Source: Propionibacterium freudenreichii subsp. freudenreichii (GTDB lineage Bacteria; Actinomycetota; Actinomycetes; Propionibacteriales; Propionibacteriaceae). From it: a stretch of DNA of 32,000 bases. Of the stretch, positions 1-9,237 are shown one piece after another (the stretch's first letter is position 1; each line of letters starts with the position of its first letter). A model generated the notes under the pieces. The model was not told the origin of the DNA. It made no database searches and saw only the letters and a program-made list of their open reading frames with translations. The position numbers and the translations under genes are program-made. The stretch covers positions 1,950,001-1,982,000 of the forward strand of contig NZ_CP010341.1 of NCBI RefSeq assembly GCF_000940845.1, given 5' to 3'.

Positions 1-238
1 CCAGGTACTTCGGCGCCCCGCTGACGAGCTCACCGCGTGAATCAACGGCGGTGCCGATGATCAGCGGGTTGAGGGCCAGGATGTACGCCATCGTGAAGAA
101 GGTGACCAACCCGCCGCGCACTTCGCGTGAGGCGGATGAGCCGCGGGCCGTGATGGAGAACCACCGGTTGAAGGACGACAATTTTGCGCTGTCGTCGGCG
201 CTTGCCACAGGGGTTTCCCCAGGGGATTGCGAGACCAT
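1..238 (-). CDS. NCS2-family purine permease (adenine/guanine/hypoxanthine type), 5' part only, runs off the left edge
   Basis: Own minus-strand translation from ATG at 238: MVSQSPGETPVASADDSAKLSSFNRWFSITARGSSASREVRGGLVTFFTMAYILALNPLIIGTAVDSRGELVSGAPKYL, open to base 1. The E..GG..TFFTMAYI...NP segment is the characteristic N-terminus of AzgA/PbuG-like permeases. Absent from the ORF track because it is truncated. Confidence 0.65.
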   Translation of the reverse strand, partial: MVSQSPGETPVASADDSAKLSSFNRWFSITARGSSASREVRGGLVTFFTMAYILALNPLIIGTAVDSRGELVSGAPKYL

Positions 239-277
239 GGGCGACACCCTATAGGCGTTTCACAGGTGCTCTAGCAT

Positions 278-625
278 GTGCTCATGGCCCCAGCATCGAA
301 TCCAGCGAATGGCACCGGATCCCACACGTCGGACGCCGAGATCTCCGACAAGGAGCGCTTCTTCGTGCAGGCACCCGTCGCTCCCCTGCGCGAGGACGGG
401 CTCATCGCCTTCACCATCGGCACGGTGGTGTTCATCGTGTTGGCGATTGCGGCATATTTCTGGCGGGTACCGCTGGGCGACGCCGGCCTGGGCTGGTGGT
501 TCTGGGTGGCAGTGAGCGGCGCGGTGATCGGGGTGCTGGCCATCAGCTACGGCATCCTGCGACGCCGGCGCATGGGCCAGACCCGCACCACCGCCTCGGA
601 TGCGGCCGCCAAGAAGCTGCCGTAG
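278..625 (+). CDS. small two-TM membrane protein, DUF2530-like
   Basis: 115-aa ORF with two hydrophobic helices (LIAFTIGTVVFIVLAIAAYFW and WWFWVAVSGAVIGVLAISYGIL) followed by a basic tail. Size and topology fit actinobacterial DUF2530. Start codon (278 or 284) is uncertain. Confidence 0.5.
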   Translation: MLMAPASNPANGTGSHTSDAEISDKERFFVQAPVAPLREDGLIAFTIGTVVFIVLAIAAYFWRVPLGDAGLGWWFWVAVSGAVIGVLAISYGILRRRRMGQTRTTASDAAAKKLP

Positions 626-630
626 CAGCA

Positions 631-665
631 CAAGGGCCGCGCGGAATGATCCGCACGGCCCTTGG
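631..665. terminator. hairpin between convergent genes, candidate bidirectional terminator
   Basis: caagggccgcgcgga-atga-tccgcacggcccttg forms a ~15-bp stem with one mismatch. It lies between the stop of the plus-strand ORF (625) and the stop of the minus-strand ORF (703). Confidence 0.5.
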
Positions 666-702
666 GACAGCCACTGGGGCGGGTCATCCGCCCCGGCATG
701 AA

Positions 703-1482
703 TCAGTCGAACAGCGACTGCTCGATGCTGATCGTGTCGTACACCGGCTCGGGCAGTTCGATGCCACGCTCGTCGGCCACCACATCGGAGTGTCCACCGC
801 AGCCGTGGTCGACGCTGACGACCTTGCCGTCGCGCGGGGCGAAGGAGTTGGTGCACACCCCGAACTCCACCCCCAGCGATCCGGACAGCCGCTGGAAGTA
901 GCCGCAGGTGAGGCAATAGGCCGGCGCATGTTCGGTTGAGGGATTGTCGGGACCCGCCGCACCCTCGATCCAGCGCTGCGCGGCCTCGCTGCGTCCCTCG
1001 TGCGACAGCACGCGCTCACGGCCCAGGCCGAGGTCCGCGACGATGGCACGGGTCTCCGACCATTCAGCCGGATCATCATCGGCAGCCATCTCGCCGCCGG
1101 TGAATCCCGGCTCGAGGCGGGGATCATTGTCGGGCGTGGGCAGCAGTGAACCCGGCGTCACATCGCCGGGGCGCACGCGCTGCGACCACGGAACCCATTG
1201 CGGGGTGGGTAGTGCACCCTCGCCGGGCAGTAACACCACCTCGTCGACGGTGGCGGTGCGGGCGCGCGGCGGACGCGTCAGCGTGACGGCCCAGTGCCAA
1301 CCCACATAGCCCGGATGCGGGCAGGCGAAGAAGTGCGTGAGCACCCGGTCGCCCTCCATCCGGAAGCCGAGATGCTCACCCACGCCGAAGTCACCGGCCT
1401 GGTGTTCAGCGGCTGTCTGGGCAACCTCGATTGCCGCTGACAACACCGTGTCCGGTTTGAGAGCCGCTTTCACCGTGGCCAT
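703..1482 (-). CDS. DUF3027-like conserved actinobacterial protein with C-terminal Cys/His cluster
   Basis: 259-aa ORF with ordinary composition. C-terminal pattern YCLTCGYF...GVCTN...VDHGCGGHSD. It sits 4 nt downstream of a cold-shock-domain gene on the same strand, the usual DUF3027 context in Actinobacteria. Confidence 0.7.
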   Translation of the reverse strand: MATVKAALKPDTVLSAAIEVAQTAAEHQAGDFGVGEHLGFRMEGDRVLTHFFACPHPGYVGWHWAVTLTRPPRARTATVDEVVLLPGEGALPTPQWVPWSQRVRPGDVTPGSLLPTPDNDPRLEPGFTGGEMAADDDPAEWSETRAIVADLGLGRERVLSHEGRSEAAQRWIEGAAGPDNPSTEHAPAYCLTCGYFQRLSGSLGVEFGVCTNSFAPRDGKVVSVDHGCGGHSDVVADERGIELPEPVYDTISIEQSLFD

Positions 1483-1485
1483 AGA

Positions 1486-1872
1486 TCACTTCTCCAATTC
1501 ATCGGCGACGCCGCGCAGCATGGCGGCGATCTTTGAGGCCTGACCCGAGCTGGGGTACCGGCGACGACGGTAGCCGTTCGACAACCCGTCGAGCATCTTG
1601 ATCAAATCCTCCATCATCGCCGCCAGGTCCTCCGGCTTGCGACGGGTGGCCTTTGACAGCGACGGCGGCGGATCGATCAGCTCAACCGACAGCGCCTGCT
1701 CACCGCGCCGGCCATCGACGATGCCGAACTCAACCCGCTGACCCCGCTTGACGGAGGTCACCCCGTCGGGCAGCACATTGGCGCGGAAATAGACCTCTCC
1801 ATCGCCCTCGTCCTTGGTGATGAATCCGAAACCCTTATCGGGGTCGAAGAAACGCACCCTGCCGCTTGGCAT
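1486..1872 (-). CDS. cold-shock-domain protein with extended C-terminal tail (128 aa)
   Basis: MPSGRVRFFDPDKGFGFITKDEGDGEVYFRANVL carries the RNP1-like KGFGFI motif of CspA-family domains. I chose the internal ATG at 1872 rather than the track start at 1965, because the extra 31 aa are Arg/Ser-rich and unlike any Csp N-terminus. Confidence 0.85.
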   Translation of the reverse strand: MPSGRVRFFDPDKGFGFITKDEGDGEVYFRANVLPDGVTSVKRGQRVEFGIVDGRRGEQALSVELIDPPPSLSKATRRKPEDLAAMMEDLIKMLDGLSNGYRRRRYPSSGQASKIAAMLRGVADELEK

Positions 1873-2098
1873 CTGCACCCTCACACTGCTCGGGGATCGC
1901 TGGGCGATCCGACGTATATCGTTCTGAACCGCTGTTGACGATCCGCGTGGCCCTGACCACTTCATCGGTGACCGGGAGTTCCCCCGGAGCCTTCCGGACG
2001 ACCTGACCTGCCCGGACGACCGGCGCCGGGGCCGTCTTCCAAGCCTACCGGCGCCCGCAAGATCGTCCTAGTCGACCGGGACGACCATCCCCGGACGG

Positions 2099-3127
2099 AT
2101 GGGCACCGACTCATACACTTGGGCCATGACCTCCCGGACGCGCGTGATGACCACTCTCACCACCGAGGACGCGCCCGCTGCCGTGCCCGACGGCTTCGCC
2201 GCGCCGGTGGCCGCACCCTTGGATGCCGGCAGCCCGACACCCCGGGTGGAAGTTGCCGCGGCGATCGCACCGCCCGCCACGGTGGAGGAACCCGCCGACC
2301 CCGGCCCCGCCCTGGACGCCGTGGAACCCGCCACCGAGGCCCCGCGCGACCCGACCACGCCCTTCGCGGCCGGCGATTCCCTGTTCCCCACCAGTACGGG
2401 CCACGACGATCCCCATCGGCCGATCCGACTTGATGCGGCTCTGGCGCCGGGTGGCGCCAACAACCCACCCGATCCCTCAACGATGGTCGCCGCACCACAT
2501 GATGCCCCGCCGCCGAACCCGGCGGCACGTTTCGACTCGTCCCATGTCGCGGGCGGCACCGCCGGGGCGCAGCCCACCGGCCGCCCGGGTCAGGCGCAGG
2601 CCCCACAGGGCCAGTTCAGGCCCGGCCAGTTCCCGCCGCCGGGATTCCAGGGCGGCCAGCCGAGCCCCTACCACGCGCCCAACCATCCGCAGGGCCCCGC
2701 CGGCGCCCCCTATCCGGGGGCCCCTTATCCGGGAGCGCCCTATCCGGGACCACAGGGTTCGGCACCCCGCCCGCCCCAGCCGACCACCATGTCGAAGGCC
2801 CTCGGTTCGGGGGGCGTCCTCATGGTGAGCGCCCTTGCACTCGGCCTGTTCGTCGGAGCGCTGTCGCTGACCTGCCTGTTCGTGGCGTGGATCTGCGCGA
2901 TGAGCATCCAGGTGGGCCGCAAGTGGCTGCAGTTCTGCTTCCTGGCGGGGTTCGGGCTGCTCGGCTTCAATTTCTTCCTGGCGATTTCGCAGCAGGTCTT
3001 CTCCCCCTTTGACATCACGCTGGGGCTGGCCCGCTGGGTCTGCCTGGCGATGATTCCCGCCACATTGTTCTGCGTCTGGCGCGGCCTCCATCATCCGGAC
3101 GCCCCGTCGGGGGGAGCCTCCCGGTGA
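2099..3127 (+). CDS. proline-rich protein with C-terminal multi-TM membrane domain
   Basis: 342-aa ORF. The N-terminal ~230 aa are Pro/Ala/Gly-rich and low complexity, including GAPYPGAPYPGAPYPGPQG. The C-terminal ~110 aa hold 3-4 hydrophobic helices (VLMVSALALGLFVGALSLTCLFVAWICAM, FCFLAGFGLLGFNFFLAI, WVCLAMIPATLFCVW). Start is uncertain (ATGs at 2099, 2126, 2147). The stop overlaps the next start as GTGA. Confidence 0.55.
   Translation: MGTDSYTWAMTSRTRVMTTLTTEDAPAAVPDGFAAPVAAPLDAGSPTPRVEVAAAIAPPATVEEPADPGPALDAVEPATEAPRDPTTPFAAGDSLFPTSTGHDDPHRPIRLDAALAPGGANNPPDPSTMVAAPHDAPPPNPAARFDSSHVAGGTAGAQPTGRPGQAQAPQGQFRPGQFPPPGFQGGQPSPYHAPNHPQGPAGAPYPGAPYPGAPYPGPQGSAPRPPQPTTMSKALGSGGVLMVSALALGLFVGALSLTCLFVAWICAMSIQVGRKWLQFCFLAGFGLLGFNFFLAISQQVFSPFDITLGLARWVCLAMIPATLFCVWRGLHHPDAPSGGASR
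2702..2746 (+). repeat. three tandem 15-bp units inside the CDS, encoding GAPYP x3
   Basis: ggcgccccctatccg / ggggccccttatccg / ggagcgccctatccg read directly from the sequence. Confidence 0.8.
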
Positions 3128-5445
3128 GCGCCTCGTCGCGTTCGCTTGCCGACGCGATCAGGGCCTTCGACGCCCAACAGTTGGCTGTCCTGTTGCGTGC
3201 CCGGCCCGATCTGACGCAGCCCCGCCCGCTCGACCTGTCCGAGTTGATCGAACGCCTTTCGGCCCGCGCGTCCACCCTGCGGGCCCTTGACCGCCTCGAC
3301 GCCTGGCACTTGCTGGTGGCGCAGGCGGTTGCCGCCTGGGAGGGTGGCGGCGATCCGGTGGACGACAAGCAGCTGGCCGCAGCAATGGGCCTGCCGGACG
3401 ATGTCGCCGCCGTGGACCGGGCCCTTGATGGGCTGCGACAACTGGGTCTGGCGTGGGGCAGCCCCGTGCACCTGACCCAGGCCGCGCGCGCGGCCTTCGG
3501 CGAGCACCCGGGCGGGCTCGCGGCGGTATCCCCCACCCCGCTTGCTCCGGCCACGATCGACGAGGCCCTCCGGGCGGTCGGCGAGGCGGGGCGCGCCGTG
3601 CTCGATCGGCTGGTCTGGGGGCCGCCGACGGGCACCGTGCAGCGCGCCGACCGGGCCGTCACTCGGGAATCGGCCGAATCCACCATGGATCTCCTCCTGG
3701 CGTGGGGGCTGTTGCGTCCGATCGGCCCCGATCAGGTGTTGCTGCCCCGTGAGGTGGCGCTGCGGCTGCGCGGCGGCCGGCTGGTGCGCCAACCCGTGCC
3801 CACGCAGGTGCCCGCCTGGCAGGCCCCCACCTCGGCCACCGGGGCTTCCCTGCCGGCAAGCCTGGTCGACCGGGCCGCCATCGGCTCGGCCCAGGAGCTC
3901 ACCAGCCACGTGGTGGCGGTGCTCGACGACATTGCCGCCCGCACCCCACGGGCGCTGGCCACCGGCGGCGTACCGAAGCGCGAGATGGGCACCTTCACCC
4001 GCTTGGTCGACGATGCCCGGTTGGCCGAGTTCGTCATCGGAATCACGCGCGGCGCGGGACTGTTCACCACCCGCGGCGGCCTGCTGATGCCCACGACCGG
4101 CCTGGACGACTTCCTCGACCTCGACGCCTTCGCACGGTGGCTGCTGGTGCGTGACGCCTGGCGCTCCCTGACATGGTGGCCCGCGGACCTCGACGCCGCC
4201 GGGCGCGCACCGGCAGAGGAGATGACGGGCTCGTCGGCCAGCTCCCGGGCCGCCAGTCAACGGGCTGCCGGCCAGCGGCCCACCGGCCAGCCGGAGTCGG
4301 GGGCCCATGGCGACGCACCCACCCATCCGGGCCTGCCCACCTCGGCGGCATTGCGTGAGGCAGCGTGGGACGAGCTCGTCGCCGCCACCCGCGGTACTGC
4401 CGTTGTCGCCGACTCGCTGGCCGAGAGATTGTCGTGGCGCCATCCGGCGTGGTTGGGAGTCGATTGGCCCGGCGTCGCCCGCCAACTGGTCCGCGAGGCC
4501 GAATGGCTGGGCCTGATGGCCTTCGGTCGCACCACCGGCCTGCTCGATGCCACCCGGAGCACGCCCGATCCGGGCTTCACCGCCTACGGCGACCGCTTCG
4601 TGCTGCAATCCGATCTCACGGCGGTGGCCCCTGCGCCGCTCGACCATGACACGGCGGCGCTGATCGGCGTCATGGCCAACCGGGAGTCCCATGGCGCGGC
4701 TGCGACCTACCGCTTCACGCCTGCCTCGCTCGAGAGGGCGCTGGACGCCGGGTGGAGCGTACAGGACATCTCCGAATGGCTCACGACCCACAATGAATCG
4801 GGTGCCGACGCCGGGCTGCCCGCCCCGCTCACCTCATTGCTCGACGACGTGGCACGCCAACACGGCAAGGTGCGGGTGATGACCCTGGGCGCCGTGGTGC
4901 AGTTGGACGATCCCGCCACCGAGGCCTCCCTGCTCGCTGATCCACGGGCCGAGGACCTGGGCCTCATCGCCCTGGCACCGGGCGTGCTCGGCGCTGCCGC
5001 CGAACCGGCCGAGCTGGTGGCGTTCCTGCGTCAACGTGGCCTGGCGCCCGTCGCGCAGAGCAGCCAGGGCGTGCAGATCACCACTCCCCCGTCGAGGCGC
5101 GCCCCGGCACCGGCCCGTCCGGTCGCCCCACCACCGGTGGACGCCGATGCGCTCGCCGCGGCCCTGCTGCGACGCGAATCCACCGGCCTGTCGCCCGAGC
5201 AGATCGTGCAGGCCCTCACCCGGGCCTACCGCGACGACCTGTGGGTGGGGGTCGACTGGGCCGACGACAACGGCGCCACGCATTCCCACACGATGCGCGT
5301 CCTGTCCATGGGATCCGGGGTGGTCAACCTGGTGCGCCGCGCCGCCGGACGGCTCAGCCTGCCCGTGACGCGCATCATCGCAGTCGACATTCCGGCGTCC
5401 GCCGACGCCCCCTCCGATGCGGGGAAAGCCCCGTCGGACACGTGA
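3124..5445 (+). CDS. large helicase-associated protein, conserved partner encoded upstream of actinobacterial XPB
   Basis: 773-aa ORF with a GTG start overlapping the previous stop by 4 nt (GTGA). Ala/Leu/Asp-rich globular composition with one low-complexity linker. It sits directly upstream of an XPB-type helicase, the same arrangement as the Mycobacterium tuberculosis Rv0862c/Rv0861c pair. No catalytic motif was recognised by eye. Confidence 0.65.
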   Translation: MSASSRSLADAIRAFDAQQLAVLLRARPDLTQPRPLDLSELIERLSARASTLRALDRLDAWHLLVAQAVAAWEGGGDPVDDKQLAAAMGLPDDVAAVDRALDGLRQLGLAWGSPVHLTQAARAAFGEHPGGLAAVSPTPLAPATIDEALRAVGEAGRAVLDRLVWGPPTGTVQRADRAVTRESAESTMDLLLAWGLLRPIGPDQVLLPREVALRLRGGRLVRQPVPTQVPAWQAPTSATGASLPASLVDRAAIGSAQELTSHVVAVLDDIAARTPRALATGGVPKREMGTFTRLVDDARLAEFVIGITRGAGLFTTRGGLLMPTTGLDDFLDLDAFARWLLVRDAWRSLTWWPADLDAAGRAPAEEMTGSSASSRAASQRAAGQRPTGQPESGAHGDAPTHPGLPTSAALREAAWDELVAATRGTAVVADSLAERLSWRHPAWLGVDWPGVARQLVREAEWLGLMAFGRTTGLLDATRSTPDPGFTAYGDRFVLQSDLTAVAPAPLDHDTAALIGVMANRESHGAAATYRFTPASLERALDAGWSVQDISEWLTTHNESGADAGLPAPLTSLLDDVARQHGKVRVMTLGAVVQLDDPATEASLLADPRAEDLGLIALAPGVLGAAAEPAELVAFLRQRGLAPVAQSSQGVQITTPPSRRAPAPARPVAPPPVDADALAAALLRRESTGLSPEQIVQALTRAYRDDLWVGVDWADDNGATHSHTMRVLSMGSGVVNLVRRAAGRLSLPVTRIIAVDIPASADAPSDAGKAPSDT

Positions 5446-5517
5446 GTCTGCCGCCCGGTGTCAGCCCGGGGCGGGCCCGGCGCTGACATTTGGCCACGGC
5501 GGGGATACTGGTGGGCG

Positions 5518-7197
5518 ATGACTCACGACGGACCCCTGATTGTCCAATCCGACCGCACCCTCCTGCTCGAGGTCGACCACCCGCAGGCCGACGAATGCCG
5601 CGCGGCGATCGCGCCCTTCGCCGAGCTCGAGCGCGCCCCCGAACACGTCCACACCTACCGGCTCACGCCCCTGGGCCTGTGGAATGCCCGTGCTGCCGGC
5701 CACGATGCCGAGCAGGTGGTGCACGCCCTGCTGAGCTATTCGCGTTACCCGGTGCCCTCCGGGCTGTTGATGGACATTGCCGAGACGATGGAACGCTACG
5801 GCATCCTGCGCATCGACAAGGACCCGGCCCATGGCCTGGTGCTCACCTCCACCGACGCCGCCGTGATGACCCAGGTGCGACGCAGCGCCAAGACCAAGGG
5901 ACTGCTCGGCGAGGCGGTCGATGACGCCACCGTGCTCATCCATCCCTCCGAGCGGGGGCACCTCAAGCAGGTGCTGCTGAAGCTGGGCTGGCCGGCCGAG
6001 GACGTGGCCGGCTATGTCGATGGCGAGGCGCACCAGATCGACCTTGACCTGGACGACTGGCAGTTGCGGCCCTATCAGGAATTGGCGGCCGAGTCGTTCT
6101 GGGAGGGCGGCTCGGGCGTCGTCGTGCTGCCGTGCGGCTCGGGCAAGACGATCGTCGGTGCGGCGGCGATGGCGAAGGCCCATGCCACCACGCTGATCCT
6201 GGTGACCAACACGGTGGCGGCCCGCCAGTGGCGCGACGAGTTGTTGGCCCGCACCACGCTGACCCCCGATGAGATCGGCGAATACTCGGGCGCCAAGAAG
6301 CAGATCCGTCCGGTGACGATCGCCACCTATCAGGTGATCACCACCAAGCGCGATGGCGTACACCCCCACCTGGAGCTGTTCAGCGCCCGTGACTGGGGCC
6401 TGGTGATCTATGACGAGGTGCACCTGTTGCCGGCACCGGTGTTCCGGATGACCGCGGACCTGCAGGCTCGACGCCGCCTCGGCCTCACCGCAACGCTGGT
6501 GCGCGAAGACGGCCACGAGGCCGATGTGTTCAGCCTGATCGGACCCAAGCGCTATGACGCCGCCTGGAAGCAGATGGAGGAGCAGGGCTGGATCGCGCCG
6601 GCGGACTGCGTCGAGGTGCGCGTGGACCTCAGCGAGGACGAGAAGATGGCCTATGCAATGTCCGAACCGACCGAGCGGCATCGCTTCGCGTCCACCGCGG
6701 CGTCGAAGATGCCGGTGATCTCGTCGCTGGTCAAGGCATATCGGGGAACTCCCACGCTGGTGATCGGCCAATATGTCGATCAGCTGGAGGAAGTGGCCCG
6801 TGAACTCGACTGCCCCATCATCACCGGATCGACGCCGAATCGGCAGCGCGAGAAGATCTTCGCTGATTTCCGTTCGGGAGACCTCGACCTCCTGGTGGTG
6901 AGCAAGGTCGCCAATTTCTCGGTGGACCTTCCCGTGGCACAGGTGGCCATTGAGATCTCCGGGACATTCGGGTCGCGCCAGGAAGAGGCACAGCGCCTCG
7001 GCCGCCTGTTGCGCCCCAAGCAGCGACTGAGCGGCCATGACGCCGATGGCGATAATACGGCGCATTTCTATTCGGTTGTGGCCCGCGACACGGTGGACGC
7101 CGATTTCGCCCAGCACCGGCAGCGGTTCCTGGCCGAGCAGGGCTATTCGTACCGCATCATCGATGGCGCCGAGGTGGGCACCGACGCCGCCCGCTGA
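5518..7197 (+). CDS. xpb: XPB/ERCC3-type superfamily-2 DNA repair helicase
   Basis: Motif I VLPCGSGKT, motif II VIYDEVHLL, motif III LGLTATLVRED, then RxGR-like QRLGRLLR. The N-terminal damage-recognition-like domain starts MTHDGPLIVQSDRTLLLEV. Start set at ATG 5518, because the track start at 5458 adds a non-homologous Arg/Gly/Trp leader. Confidence 0.9.
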   Translation: MTHDGPLIVQSDRTLLLEVDHPQADECRAAIAPFAELERAPEHVHTYRLTPLGLWNARAAGHDAEQVVHALLSYSRYPVPSGLLMDIAETMERYGILRIDKDPAHGLVLTSTDAAVMTQVRRSAKTKGLLGEAVDDATVLIHPSERGHLKQVLLKLGWPAEDVAGYVDGEAHQIDLDLDDWQLRPYQELAAESFWEGGSGVVVLPCGSGKTIVGAAAMAKAHATTLILVTNTVAARQWRDELLARTTLTPDEIGEYSGAKKQIRPVTIATYQVITTKRDGVHPHLELFSARDWGLVIYDEVHLLPAPVFRMTADLQARRRLGLTATLVREDGHEADVFSLIGPKRYDAAWKQMEEQGWIAPADCVEVRVDLSEDEKMAYAMSEPTERHRFASTAASKMPVISSLVKAYRGTPTLVIGQYVDQLEEVARELDCPIITGSTPNRQREKIFADFRSGDLDLLVVSKVANFSVDLPVAQVAIEISGTFGSRQEEAQRLGRLLRPKQRLSGHDADGDNTAHFYSVVARDTVDADFAQHRQRFLAEQGYSYRIIDGAEVGTDAAR

Positions 7198-7269
7198 GGC
7201 GGGTTGGCCGCACGACGCCCGATGACGCCGCACGGGGGCATGACCTGCTCCTGCGGGGCCCGAACAGAC

Positions 7270-7308
7270 GAAGGTGGTGACCGGGAGGACTTCCCGGCCA
7301 CCACCTTC
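7270..7308. terminator. hairpin between convergent xpb and SLH gene 1
   Basis: gaaggtggtgaccgggag-gac-ttcccggccaccaccttc forms an 18-bp stem with one mismatch and one G-U pair. It is followed by TTCTT on the plus strand. Confidence 0.55.
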
Positions 7309-7359
7309 TTGCCATGCTGGTTTCCTGTCGCGCTGGGTGGTTGCCCAGCGGTGTGGGTG

Positions 7360-9237
7360 TTACTTCGTGGGGTTCTCCATGCGATACAAGAACGCGGCCA
7401 TCGCATCACGCGCAATCGCGGTCACCGGACGATAGGTGCCATCAGGCCAACCCGTCGACAGACCCTGCGACTGCATCCAGGCCATCTCCTTGTAGAACAA
7501 CTGACTCGTCACCACATCAGAGAACGGCGAAGAACCGGGAGCCTGATAGGCCGGACTCCCGTTGTACCGGTACATGAACGCAGCCATCGCATCACGATTC
7601 ACATTGTCCAACGGACGATAGGTGCCATCAGGCCAACCCGTCGCAATGCCCTTCGAACTCAACCAGCACATCTCCTTGTAATACATCGTCGAAGGAGTGA
7701 TATCCCGGAACGGCGACACCGCAGGAGCCTGATAGCCGGTATCACCCGAGATCCGGTACATGAACGCCGCAAACGCATCACGATGGATACCATCCAACGG
7801 CATGTACAAACGCGAACCATCAGCCTGCACCCAACCAGTCGAATAACCAGACGTCCCCATCCAATTGATCTCAGTGAAGAACTGGTTGTTCAACGGCACA
7901 TCCGCAAAGAACTGCGTCACGGCCTTGTCGGTCACTGTGAGCGTGACCACCGAGGATGTCTCGGACTTGTCGCCGCTCTTCACGACCACCTGGTACTGGG
8001 AACCGTTCAGTTCCTTGGTGGCCTGGCTCACAGACAGGGTGGCCTTCGTGGCACCGGCAACATCCTGCCACGTGCCGTCGTTGCCCTTGGCCTGCCACTG
8101 GTAGGTGAGGTTGTCACCCGCAGCGGTCACGGTGAAGCTGGCAGGTGAGCCCTCCTGCACCGTCACCGACTTCGGCTGTGCAGTGATCAGCTCTGCCGCC
8201 TCGGCGACGGTCAGAATCGCAGTCTTCGAGGTCTCCTGACCCTTGTTCTTGTCGGTCACGACCACCTGGTACTTCGAGCCGTCCTACTCGGCGGTCACCT
8301 TGGGGACCACCAGCGTGGCGCTCGTGGCACCTTCAACGTTCTGCCACTTGCCCTCTGCATCCTGCTTCTGCCACTGGAAGGTCAGGCCGGCACCGCCGTC
8401 GATGGTCTTCACGGTGAAGGTGGCATCGGTGCCAGGTGCTGCCGTCACAGGCTGCGGCTGGGCTGTGATCAGTTCGGCCGCGGCCTGAATGGTGAAGGAC
8501 TGGCTGAACTGGGCGCTCTTGCCGGCCTTGTTGGTCAGCTTCACGGTCACCGTGTGGTTGCCAGCAGTCAGGCCCTCACCCAGCGACCAGCTAGCAGTCT
8601 TGTCGTCCTTGATCTCGGGTCCGTCATTCCATTCCTTGGCCCCATCAAGCTGCCACTGCGCAGTGTCGGTTGCGTCATCAGCGACGAAGGACGCTGTGGC
8701 ACTGGCTCCGGCCACGGCCACCTTCAGGTTGGACAGCACTGGTCCGGGGTTCAGCTCATTGGCGGTCTTCGAGGGGCCGGCCTGGTTGAAGTAGCCATTC
8801 GTGTACGAGAAAGCCACGGTCTGGCCCGGCGTCACGTCGATGAAACCCAGCCCGACTCGGGTATCCACGAGCTTCCACGCGCCACTGGCACCGTCAACCG
8901 TGAAGTAGCGCCAACCCTTGAACAAATCGGAGCTCTTGGGATAGTCATTGATCGTCGTGGGGCCGGCTTCCAGCGGCCGCCACTCGTTCTGCGTGTAGCC
9001 CGCCGCGGGGAGCAGCTTGCTCGAGTTCACCGTGCCGACATCCACCGCGCACCTCTGCTGGATCGGGGTGCCGTCATGGTTGTCGACCACGACAGTGATG
9101 CTGTTTGCGGACTCAGCATCGGTGCAGGCACCGCCATGGGGGCCGGTGGCGGCGCTGGCGGGCTGCAACCCGGCAAACGCCGTGAGGGACAGGGTGGCGG
9201 CAGCTCCCGCTGCAACCACTCTCTTGCGAGTGAGCAT
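7360..9237 (-). pseudogene. SLH-anchored Ig-repeat surface protein, paralogue 1, interrupted by an in-frame TAG at 8284-8286
   Basis: Track ORFs 8284..9363 and 7360..8265 are in the same frame (checked codon by codon), reading ...TLVVPKVTAE-TAG-DGSKYQVVVTDKNKG.... ATG at 9237 follows GAGGAAA and gives the signal peptide MLTRKRVVAAGAAATLSLTAFAGLQPASA. There are two Ig-like repeats (ELITAQP...F/YQWQ...W..V.GAT.ATL) and three SLH-like domains (F.D......FY.E..W....G...GW.DGTYRP...V.RDAMAAF.YR). Stop is TAA at 7360. Confidence 0.7.

Noticed and set aside
51-939. Plus-strand ORFs 51..254 and 184..939, and minus-strand ORF 260..916
   Set aside because: They overlap the better-supported NCS2 permease start, the DUF2530-like gene and the DUF3027 3' end. 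Their composition is Arg/Gly/His-rich and motif-free.
5461-7233. 590-aa minus-strand ORF antisense to xpb. Similar long antisense ORFs: 3091..4791 (566 aa), 22373..24334 (653 aa, opposite groEL), 29086..30927 (613 aa, opposite the K+ channel), 25118..26242 (opposite manA), 11564..13240 and 7204..8148 (opposite SLH genes), 27972..29321.
   Set aside because: These are typical high-GC shadow ORFs. Their translations are dominated by Arg/Gly/His/Pro/Ala with no motifs, and each overlaps a gene on the other strand that has unmistakable family signatures.
8263-8265. GTG at 8265 as an independent start for a separate 301-aa SLH protein
   Set aside because: It is in frame with the upstream ORF and lies in the middle of an Ig-like repeat (DGSKYQVVVTD). 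It has no RBS or signal peptide, so it is better read as the continuation after a nonsense codon.
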